IMG/VR virus record: IMGVR_UViG_3300011008_000032
Span: 20,728 to 84,727 of that record
From: a virus
Lineage: Duplodnaviria; Caudoviricetes
Reading direction: 5' to 3' (one strand)
DNA: 64,000 bases
Shown: positions 29,449 to 37,793 of the stretch, one piece after another
Layout of the letters: each line of letters starts with the position of its first letter
Numbering within the stretch: position 1 is the stretch's first letter
The notes under the pieces: model-generated
Told to the model about the DNA's origin: nothing
What the model saw: only the letters and a program-made list of their open reading frames with translations
The model's database searches: none
Translations under genes and position numbers: made by a program

Positions 29449-29757
29449 ATGGCTCATGAAAGAAATTGTATTGTATGCGGCAGACAATATAGATATTGTC
29501 CTAAATGTAGGGAATTCGAACATTTAGAAAAATGGCATACAAATTACTGTAATGAACAATGTAAAAATGTTTCTTCGATTATTAATAGATATGCCTTTAA
29601 ACATATTAATAAATCTGAAGCAAAAAAACTTTTAGAAGAAAATAATATTACAAAAGATAATAATATACTTCCAAAGTATAAAGTATATATTGATGAAATA
29701 TTAACACCTGCTCCTAAGGGCAGAAAAAAGAAGAAAGTTATTGTGAATGAAGATTAA
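29449..29757 (+). CDS. Cys-rich Zn-finger-like protein
   Basis: CIVC...CPKC...YCNEQC. Confidence 0.7.
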   Translation: MAHERNCIVCGRQYRYCPKCREFEHLEKWHTNYCNEQCKNVSSIINRYAFKHINKSEAKKLLEENNITKDNNILPKYKVYIDEILTPAPKGRKKKKVIVNED

Positions 29758-29762
29758 TTTAA

Positions 29763-29820
29763 AAAGGGGATATATTTATTCGCAATAACGATTTGTGTTT
29801 AGATATATCCCCTTTTTTTT
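29763..29820 (+). terminator. intrinsic terminator-like stem-loop
   Basis: AAAGGGGATATAT/ATATATCCCCTTT followed by a T run; long loop. Confidence 0.55.
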
Positions 29821-29844
29821 ACTTGATTAAAAGGAGTTAGGCAT

Positions 29845-30081
29845 ATGCAGAAATATGATGAATATTATAGATTTAGTACTGTTACTGGTAAAAGCTATGA
29901 CATATTTAAGACCGTTAAAATACTAAATATTTTACAGGTTGCTTCATATATGGATCATGGTGTTTTCCCGGTAGATATCAAGGTTAGTCTTGATGAAAAT
30001 AAAAGACGATGTTTGGTTTTTTATTTTGATAGAGAAGGATCTAAAGAAGTTTATGATAAGTGGTGCAAACACGAATTATGA
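29845..30081 (+). CDS. small DUF5659-like protein
   Basis: NILQVASYMDHGVFPVDI...LVFYFDR pattern. Confidence 0.55.
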   Translation: MQKYDEYYRFSTVTGKSYDIFKTVKILNILQVASYMDHGVFPVDIKVSLDENKRRCLVFYFDREGSKEVYDKWCKHEL

Positions 30082-30092
30082 GGTGAACTGAA

Positions 30093-31199
30093 ATGATATA
30101 TATGGATACTGCCGCTTCAACAATGCCGTCAGACGAAGTTATTAAATGTCTGAAGGATAATTTGAATATATATGGCAATCCATCATCTCTTCATGATGAA
30201 GGAGAAAAAGCTCATAAATTAATTTCGAATACAACTGATATAATATCGAGAAAAATAAATTGCTGTAAAAGCGAGATATATTATACATCCGGCGCTACTA
30301 TGAGCAATAATTTATTTATTCAAGGATTCTTAAGAGCTCATAAAAACGCTAAACTTGTAATATCTAAAATTGAACATAATGATATTATTGAATTATCAGA
30401 TTATATAGATAAACAAAAGAAATATAAATATGTATATAGAGTGCCTGTTGACTTTAATGGATTTCTTAATGTTGATTGTCTTGACACATTGTTAAAAGAA
30501 TTAGATGGCAACTGTGTATTAGTTTGCATACAGGGGGCTAATGGAGAATGTGGTTCAATTCAAGACATCCAAAGAATTTCTCAAATAGTACATTCGCATG
30601 AAAATATGTATTTATTTTCTGATATGACACAATACATACCATATTATAAACTTGACGTGCGTCAAGTAAATTTAGACGGAATGTCAATGTCCGGTCAAAA
30701 AATACATTGTATTAAAGGAACTGGATTATTATATATAAAAAATGGAGTTGATATAGATCCGCTGATATTTGGAGAACAAGGATTGATTGGTGGAACTGAG
30801 AATGTACTTGGTATAGCTTGTCTAGGAACTGCATTTGATAGGATTAAATATAACCATAAAGAGTTAATCGAAAAAAGAGATTATTTTATTAAAAATATAC
30901 TTGAAAAAACAAATGCAAAATTAGTAGGAAGTATGAATAATAGATTGCCTAATAATATATACATTAAAGGCGAATATAGTGCAGAGAGCATGGTAGTCAT
31001 GTTGAGTGACTTAGATGTGTGCTCTTCTGCTGGTTCTGCCTGTTCATCGAATGGAAATAAACCATCTCACGTTTTATTGGCAATGGGTTATTCTCCTGAA
31101 GATGCTAAAAAATGTATACGTTTTACTATAGATAACAATACTTCCTATCAAGACATTGACTATACAATAGATACATTTCAAAAGCTATCAATCGTATAG
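30093..31199 (+). CDS. iscS: cysteine desulfurase (NifS/IscS-like, PLP-dependent)
   Basis: IYMDTAAST, NPSSLH, SGATMSNN, EH, DxxQ, PLP Lys in SGQKIH, GGTENV, catalytic GSACSS. Confidence 0.92.
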   Translation: MIYMDTAASTMPSDEVIKCLKDNLNIYGNPSSLHDEGEKAHKLISNTTDIISRKINCCKSEIYYTSGATMSNNLFIQGFLRAHKNAKLVISKIEHNDIIELSDYIDKQKKYKYVYRVPVDFNGFLNVDCLDTLLKELDGNCVLVCIQGANGECGSIQDIQRISQIVHSHENMYLFSDMTQYIPYYKLDVRQVNLDGMSMSGQKIHCIKGTGLLYIKNGVDIDPLIFGEQGLIGGTENVLGIACLGTAFDRIKYNHKELIEKRDYFIKNILEKTNAKLVGSMNNRLPNNIYIKGEYSAESMVVMLSDLDVCSSAGSACSSNGNKPSHVLLAMGYSPEDAKKCIRFTIDNNTSYQDIDYTIDTFQKLSIV

Positions 31200-31210
31200 A
31201 GGGAAATTTA

Positions 31211-33106
31211 ATGAAACTTTTAAGTATAATCATTCCGTGTTATAATGCGGAACCATATATAAATGAATTACTAGATGTATTAAATAAACAAATAAATGAT
31301 AATGTGGAAGTTATTATTGTAGATGACGGAAGTAAAAAACCATTTACTACAGATTATAAATGGGCGAATGTAATTAGACAAAAAAATGGTGGTGCTGCAG
31401 CTGCTCGTAATACAGGAATAGATAATGCTACCGGTGAATACATTGCATTTATTGATGCTGATGATTTAGTCGTAGATAATTACATTACCACTATTACTAA
31501 GAAAATAGAATCCGAACACTTTGATTATTGTTATCTTAGTTGGAAAGCTTTCGGAGGATGGAATTGTGATGTAAAGCTTAAAACTATAAATGATAAGTTT
31601 CCTCCATTTAATCTCTGTCTTTGGAATAGAATTTACGCCAGAGATATGATTGGAGATGTTCGTCTTAATACAAATAAACCAATAGCTGAAGACGCTGAAT
31701 TTATACGCGATGTTAAAGAAGAAGGAAAGAAAAAGGCTTTTATTGGAGAATATATGTATTTATATAGATCTAATACTCCGAACTCTTTAACTAAACGTTT
31801 TGGCGAAGGTAAATTAGATATGCGTCGTGTTGTTTATAATTTCAAGAAAATAACTCCGGATATGGATTATTTGATTGAAGAAACGAAAGAATTAGATAAA
31901 GTTGCCGAAGTAATTATTATGACTACAGACAACCAGATCCCCGAATTAGAACAACACGCAATGGTGATGATGCCCTCTCCTATCAAAGGAACTGAATTAA
32001 GAGGTGAGCCGACTAATCTGTTTACAAAGATAGATTTACCTATTAAAACTCAGGTTGTTATATATACATCTAAGACTTATGCAATAGGTGGGATAGAAAC
32101 ATTCACATATAATTTTTGTATGAATATGAAGGACTTATATGACATTATTGTCCTATATGACATTATGGATATTAACCAGATTAATAGATTACGAGAGCAT
32201 GTATGTGTAATGAAAAATGATGTTACTAAAACAATTAATTGCGACACATTAATTGTCAATCGTATAACAGATAAAAATCCCCCTAATGTTATTTTTAAAC
32301 AGAAGGTTCAAATGGTTCATTCGTGTAAATTAGAGAATACGTACAAGATCCCTACGGATAATGATTATCTTGTACCAGTTTCTCGAGCTGCTTATGAATC
32401 ATATAATACTACTATTCCAAATTGTCATGTTATAAATAATATGACGTATAATCCAGAGCCACGAAAAATATTAAAACTAATCTCTGCTACTCGTCTTACT
32501 TTTGAAAAGGGCGAAGATCGAATGATTAAATTGGCTCGAAAACTGGAGTCAAATAAAATACCATTTTTATGGTATATGTTTACCGAAAAACACCTTAAAG
32601 AAAATGTACCTGAAATTATATATATGAAACCCACATTGAATATTATAGATTATATTGTCGATTCAGACTATCTTGTTCAATTATCAGACAGTGAGGGTTT
32701 TTGCTATTCTATTGTCGAGGCATTAGAATTAGGAGTTCCTGTAATAACAACTCCTATTACTGTTTTAGATGAAATCGGATTTAAAAATGATAAGTGTGGA
32801 TATACTATTCCTTTTGATGTTAATGTTTCTGATGAATTTATAAATAACCTTTATCAAAATATTCCTAAGGTTAATTATAAATATAGTAACAAAAAACGAA
32901 TTCAAGAATGGCAGAGTATTTTAGGTGATACTATTCCGGTGGGAGGATATTATTATAATGGGGATGAAATGGTTAGGGTTAAATGTATTGTGAAGTATTA
33001 TAGCATGGCATTAGAGAGAGAAATTAATGTTGGGGAAATACTGGAAGTAACTCGTGAGCGAGCAAATGAATTAACAGCTCATTCAGTTGCGACAATATTA
33101 AAATAG
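31211..33106 (+). CDS. bifunctional GT2-GT4 glycosyltransferase fusion
   Basis: N-terminal SIIIPCYN...VDDGS...ARN.G...FIDADD (GT-A/GT2); C-terminal GGIETF...RL..EKG...SEGFCYSIVEA (GT-B/GT4). Confidence 0.9.
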   Translation: MKLLSIIIPCYNAEPYINELLDVLNKQINDNVEVIIVDDGSKKPFTTDYKWANVIRQKNGGAAAARNTGIDNATGEYIAFIDADDLVVDNYITTITKKIESEHFDYCYLSWKAFGGWNCDVKLKTINDKFPPFNLCLWNRIYARDMIGDVRLNTNKPIAEDAEFIRDVKEEGKKKAFIGEYMYLYRSNTPNSLTKRFGEGKLDMRRVVYNFKKITPDMDYLIEETKELDKVAEVIIMTTDNQIPELEQHAMVMMPSPIKGTELRGEPTNLFTKIDLPIKTQVVIYTSKTYAIGGIETFTYNFCMNMKDLYDIIVLYDIMDINQINRLREHVCVMKNDVTKTINCDTLIVNRITDKNPPNVIFKQKVQMVHSCKLENTYKIPTDNDYLVPVSRAAYESYNTTIPNCHVINNMTYNPEPRKILKLISATRLTFEKGEDRMIKLARKLESNKIPFLWYMFTEKHLKENVPEIIYMKPTLNIIDYIVDSDYLVQLSDSEGFCYSIVEALELGVPVITTPITVLDEIGFKNDKCGYTIPFDVNVSDEFINNLYQNIPKVNYKYSNKKRIQEWQSILGDTIPVGGYYYNGDEMVRVKCIVKYYSMALEREINVGEILEVTRERANELTAHSVATILK

Positions 33107-33159
33107 GAACGTACTCGGGTGTCCTTCGGGCCCCGGGTCTTTTTTTGAGGAAAAGGATT

Positions 33160-33648
33160 ATGAAAGAAACAAGATTAGTTTCTATTGATTCATCAACAAC
33201 TTCCACAGGAATTGTTTTATGGATTAATGGAAAAATTAAAGAGTATAAAAGATTAGTGCCAAAAGTTAGTCGTCCAACAGAAAAACGAATAATGGAAATG
33301 GCGAAACTTATAACTTGTACATTAGATGAATGGAAACCAATTGTTATATATGCAGAAACTCCACAGGGAAAATCTAATATAAAATTATCAAGAATGTTAG
33401 GTCAGATACTTGGAATAATAATTGGTTGGTGCTCAAGTAATAATTGTGAATTTAACGAAGTAAATCCATCATGGTGGAGAAAATGGAATTATTGGGATCA
33501 AGGGAAACTTGAGAGAGATGATTTAAAACTACTTAGTATAAAAATGGCAAAAGAAATTCATAATATTGAAACTGATTGTGATGATTTATCTGATGCTATA
33601 CATATAGGTCAGGGTGCATTAAATTATTTCGAAAGTTTAGAATTATAA
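33160..33648 (+). CDS. RuvC-like Holliday junction resolvase
   Basis: VSIDSSTTSTG, conserved E, D.SDAI.IG. Confidence 0.8.
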   Translation: MKETRLVSIDSSTTSTGIVLWINGKIKEYKRLVPKVSRPTEKRIMEMAKLITCTLDEWKPIVIYAETPQGKSNIKLSRMLGQILGIIIGWCSSNNCEFNEVNPSWWRKWNYWDQGKLERDDLKLLSIKMAKEIHNIETDCDDLSDAIHIGQGALNYFESLEL

Positions 33649-33753
33649 TTTGTTAAATACACGGCAACGTCAGGAAGTCATGAGCCTGACGGAAGAGTCT
33701 CCCACTCTTCTGCCGTGTTTTTATTTGGGAGTTTTATTTGGGGAGAAATAAAA

Positions 33754-34944
33754 ATGATTGATAATACAAAAGAAATAAGAGCACAATTAATAAATGATTT
33801 AAAGAATTATCTTATAAAAACTAATTATAAGATACCTGAAAATATTTCTAAAACATTTAATAGCAAGAATGGATTAAGAGATCAATATACATATAAAAAA
33901 TATCTTGGAGGAGGATTAAGTAACTGGTTAGAACTTTCTGGTATGGAATTAACATCAGATCAAAATAAGTTAATAAATACAAGAGGAAAGAAAAAAGAAT
34001 TGTCTAAAAATGAAGTTATTTATCGTATATGGGAAATGGATGAAGCTCTTGATAGATATATTATGTATGACGATTTTAGAGATAAAAAATGGGGTGTAAC
34101 TATTTCTGATATTATTAAATATTGGGGATCGGTAAATAAAATGAAAGAGGCTTTATATCTAGAAATAAATCAAGAATCTATGATGGACAAATCTCTTTCA
34201 AAAAGTGCATTTGATACAACAATAAAAAATATATCAAATTATATAAAAAATGAATTAAGTAAAGATTTTACATCAGAATATGAATTAGATAATAATATAT
34301 GTTTATTGTTTAATACGGTAAAAACCAACACTTTAAGAAAAGCATGTATAAAATATTACAACATTTCTCTACCTAAAAAGTTTTTAGAATATGGTATAAA
34401 AATGGGTACTCCGGGTAGAGGAATTAAATATACTTTTAAAGACGGAGAATTAACTACTAGTCAATTTGAATATTTATTTTCAATTTATTTACGTAATTTG
34501 GGATTAAAATATAACATCAACTATTATAGAAATGTAAAATATAGGCAATTTATTAAAGACTATAAAGGTAATAAAAATTGTGATTATGTTATTTATTACA
34601 ATGATCGAATTATATACATAGAAATAGCCGGTGTAATACGAGATTATAAAAAACTATATTATTCTAAAACATCAATAAACAGGAAATCTAAAGAGAAATA
34701 TAGACTTGATTTATTGGAAAAAGAAAAAATGTTAAAAGATAATAATCTTGAGTACTATATTTTATTTCCTTGTGATTTAACAATTAATAATATTATGAAT
34801 ATTTTAAACACAAAAGATCCTCAAAATACTAGAGATAGAATTAATAAATTTTTCTTTAGTAATATTGATTGGAGAAAAATACGAGAAAAAGGTGAATTAA
34901 AATATTTAAATACTTCAAAAATAAAAGTAGATTATGGAGAATAA
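33754..34944 (+). CDS. free-standing putative homing endonuclease (PD-(D/E)xK-like C-terminus)
   Basis: Endonuclease-associated repeat IIKYWGSVNKMKEAL; C-terminal CDYVI...YIEIAG; very AT-rich. Confidence 0.6.
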   Translation: MIDNTKEIRAQLINDLKNYLIKTNYKIPENISKTFNSKNGLRDQYTYKKYLGGGLSNWLELSGMELTSDQNKLINTRGKKKELSKNEVIYRIWEMDEALDRYIMYDDFRDKKWGVTISDIIKYWGSVNKMKEALYLEINQESMMDKSLSKSAFDTTIKNISNYIKNELSKDFTSEYELDNNICLLFNTVKTNTLRKACIKYYNISLPKKFLEYGIKMGTPGRGIKYTFKDGELTTSQFEYLFSIYLRNLGLKYNINYYRNVKYRQFIKDYKGNKNCDYVIYYNDRIIYIEIAGVIRDYKKLYYSKTSINRKSKEKYRLDLLEKEKMLKDNNLEYYILFPCDLTINNIMNILNTKDPQNTRDRINKFFFSNIDWRKIREKGELKYLNTSKIKVDYGE

Positions 34945-34946
34945 TA

Positions 34947-35966
34947 ATGGAGAAAAACGCTCAAAGAAGTGATGAAATTACTGATGAAATGTGGGCTGAA
35001 GTATCCAGTTTTAATAAAAAAATGGCAAATGACTATTTAGAAGCTCAGACACATTTATCAGATCAATCACTTAAACAATATAAATCTTGTTTAAAAATAT
35101 TCTTTTGGTGGGTTAAGGAATATTTAGATAATAAGGATTGTGTTGATATTAAAAAAAAAGAATTTATTAAATATCTTAACTGGTTAACCAATCGTGGATT
35201 ATCCGAATCTGCAATAAAAGTTAAAAAATCATGTATAAGTGCCTTTTGTAATTATATTGTTAATTATTATGAAGATGAATATCCAACATTTAGATCTTTT
35301 GTAACTTCAGAAATGAAAGTAATACAGACAGGAAATGTGTATGAAAAGAAACCTTTAACCTCCAAGGAATATGATGATTTATGTTTAAAATTAGAAGAAC
35401 AAGAACAATGGCAAATATTAGCATGGTTAAAATTTAGCTATTCTACGGGTTGTAGACGTGCAGAATCTAGACAGCTTTTAAAGGAAGTAATAAATTATGA
35501 TCCTATAATAAAAACAATATCTATTATAGATAAAGAAGGAAATAAAATTAATGTAGAATCTAAATTTTATAAGACACATAAAATTAGATGCAAAGGACGT
35601 TCTAAAGTTGGTAAAGTACGACAACTCCAGTTTAGTCAAGATGCTATGGATGCTATAAAAAAATGGTTGGAAGTACGTGGAGATGATGATTGTCCATATG
35701 TTTTTGTAAGTAGCGATAAAAATGGATATCATCAGGTGAGTGAAACAACTTTTAATTTATGGTGTACAACTATGCTTAGTAAATTAGTTGGGAGACGAGT
35801 GCATCCTCATCTATTAAGAGAGAGTAGAGCTACAAACATAGTTGTTGAAGAAGGTAGATCAATTGAGACGGCTCAAAAGCTGTTAGGGCATGAATCTAGT
35901 GAAACAACTACGAAACATTATGTTATTAGAGAAGATATAGAAGATGCGGATGAAGCTTTTATATAA
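34947..35966 (+). CDS. tyrosine recombinase (XerC/D-like)
   Basis: TGCRRAE, HPHLLR, LLGHES, TTKHY: complete R-H-R-H-Y catalytic set. Confidence 0.93.
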   Translation: MEKNAQRSDEITDEMWAEVSSFNKKMANDYLEAQTHLSDQSLKQYKSCLKIFFWWVKEYLDNKDCVDIKKKEFIKYLNWLTNRGLSESAIKVKKSCISAFCNYIVNYYEDEYPTFRSFVTSEMKVIQTGNVYEKKPLTSKEYDDLCLKLEEQEQWQILAWLKFSYSTGCRRAESRQLLKEVINYDPIIKTISIIDKEGNKINVESKFYKTHKIRCKGRSKVGKVRQLQFSQDAMDAIKKWLEVRGDDDCPYVFVSSDKNGYHQVSETTFNLWCTTMLSKLVGRRVHPHLLRESRATNIVVEEGRSIETAQKLLGHESSETTTKHYVIREDIEDADEAFI

Positions 35967-36330
35967 TGAATAATTACATATTATACAGAGCCTTTAAGGG
36001 CATTAATAAATGAAAGAAAGTCGTTAGAGTCTTTCAGCAGAAGCGGTATCTATATCAATTCTGTACTTATATTTATTTCTTTAAGAAATTTCTTAATGCC
36101 TTGTTTGCGGTGCAAGGTTTAAAAACCGCTAATGTATTATGAACTAACCGTGTGACCAAATAATCAGAGCATAATACTTCTTATCAGCCCGTCTGATGGC
36201 GCACATTTAATCCGGTTAGTATGTTTGACCTCCGTGGGTTACGGGGTCGTTAAAATGTAGAATATAGCTCAATAGTACGTTGGAGAGGGTTAACGCCCTC
36301 TCCTATTTATTTGATCAAAAGGAGAAAAAT

Positions 36331-36570
36331 ATGTTAGTTAGAATAATAGAATATAACTACAATGAAGAAGATAAATTGACAGGCGGTCAAATGCTAGCCG
36401 CTACAGAAGTTGAAAATTGTGATACTTTTTTATCTATGATGCAAAATATGAAGGGAAAAGATATTAAGATTGACGAAGATTGGTACACGTTTGAGGGTGA
36501 TTATCTTTTAAATTTTCCAAAAGATGAGGATTCTATTATGTGTCTTGATATATTTGTTTGTTGTTATTGA
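36331..36570 (+). CDS. small hypothetical protein
   Basis: ATG 36331 after AAAAGGAG. Confidence 0.65.
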   Translation: MLVRIIEYNYNEEDKLTGGQMLAATEVENCDTFLSMMQNMKGKDIKIDEDWYTFEGDYLLNFPKDEDSIMCLDIFVCCY

Positions 36571-36588
36571 TTAAGAGGAGAATTGTGA

Positions 36589-37077
36589 ATGAAAGTTGAT
36601 GAATTTATTAGAAAATATAATAGCGCAAAAGATAAGGATAAATTTCTCACAGATTGTATAAAAACGCAGTATATACCATATAGAATTAAAATTGCGGACT
36701 GCGATGGAATTATAAAGGCTAGTACTGGGATAAATGGTGTTTTTAAAATAAACACTCCGGCACAGTTTATGATGTTTACTATTCAAGTAATTACAAGATA
36801 TACAGAAATTGAAAAAGATGATGATATTCTTGGATTATTTGAAAAGCTTGATGAGTTAAATCTTATTAACGCAATCACTTCAAAAATTCCTGAGCGTGAG
36901 TTTGCTTCATATAATACTATTCTTAATATGATACAGGATGATTATATGGAAAATAATCGCACACTTCTATCTTTTATAGAAACTAAGGTTAGTGCTTTGG
37001 GATTATCCTTAGATGCAATATTAGACGCAATACAGAAATACGTTCCTCAGGATATGCCTGAGGTGGCAGACGAATAA
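36589..37077 (+). CDS. putative tail assembly chaperone
   Basis: 162 aa, helical, two genes before the tape measure. Confidence 0.5.
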   Translation: MKVDEFIRKYNSAKDKDKFLTDCIKTQYIPYRIKIADCDGIIKASTGINGVFKINTPAQFMMFTIQVITRYTEIEKDDDILGLFEKLDELNLINAITSKIPEREFASYNTILNMIQDDYMENNRTLLSFIETKVSALGLSLDAILDAIQKYVPQDMPEVADE

Positions 37078-37093
37078 GCATGTTTTTTCGGAG

Positions 37094-37128
37094 GAGCAGT
37101 TGGGGTTATAGCCACTGCTCTATTTTTT
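37094..37128 (+). terminator. intrinsic terminator
   Basis: GAGCAGT/ACTGCTC stem followed by TATTTTTT. Confidence 0.7.
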
Positions 37129-37164
37129 ATTGGAGAGGTAGTTCTCTCCTGATTGGAGGGAATT

Positions 37165-37779
37165 ATGAATAAAGATTTAAGAAGATTGATGAGACAGATT
37201 GAAAAAGATGTTGAAAAAAAATGTGCAAATGTTCTGACAAATACATATGAAACTGTTACAGAACAAATTGAAGCGTCTTTTGAACAAAGTCTTGATGCAT
37301 TTTATGAACACAAAGCGTTCTGGAATAAAAATTATAAAGAGTTTACTAGTACTCCTAGAAGGTACAAACGTGGATATAATTTATATTATGCATCTAATCG
37401 TTTTAGTGGATTATTACGAACTGTAGAAGAAATAGAATATGATAAAGCAAATGTTGCTTTAGGTGGAGGTAGAAGAAAATTATTTGGATTTGGTCATGAT
37501 AAAAATGATAATTCTCCCGTAGCAGGAATTTGGGTAAGTGGCAATTATATACCGGGAAATCCATATGGTTATAATAAAAATGAAATATTTGAAAGAGCAT
37601 ATGCCGAAGGTATACATGGTTTTAAAAGAGGAGAACCTGTAATAGGTCATGCTCCACTTATGATGAAACCTACACCAGAAAGATTAATGCATAAAGCCTT
37701 TTGGCATATTAGATCTCGAAGAAACATCAATGGAATTATTGATGAAAATATTAAGAGAGAATTTGAATTTAATGAATAA
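37165..37779 (+). CDS. hypothetical tail-region protein
   Basis: ATG 37165 after GGAGGG; directly before the tape measure. Confidence 0.7.
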   Translation: MNKDLRRLMRQIEKDVEKKCANVLTNTYETVTEQIEASFEQSLDAFYEHKAFWNKNYKEFTSTPRRYKRGYNLYYASNRFSGLLRTVEEIEYDKANVALGGGRRKLFGFGHDKNDNSPVAGIWVSGNYIPGNPYGYNKNEIFERAYAEGIHGFKRGEPVIGHAPLMMKPTPERLMHKAFWHIRSRRNINGIIDENIKREFEFNE

Positions 37780-37793
37780 GGAGGTGAAAGTAA

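Noticed and set aside
30093-31199. DndA of a DNA phosphorothioation system
   Set aside because: No DndC/D/E or Ssp genes in the window; cannot be excluded for the rest of the genome.
35966-36150. dif- or att-like site next to the tyrosine recombinase (TTAAGAAATTTCTTAA palindrome; TAATGTATTATG)
   Set aside because: Only weak similarity to dif arms, and the sequences are explained by RNA stems; no host junction is visible.
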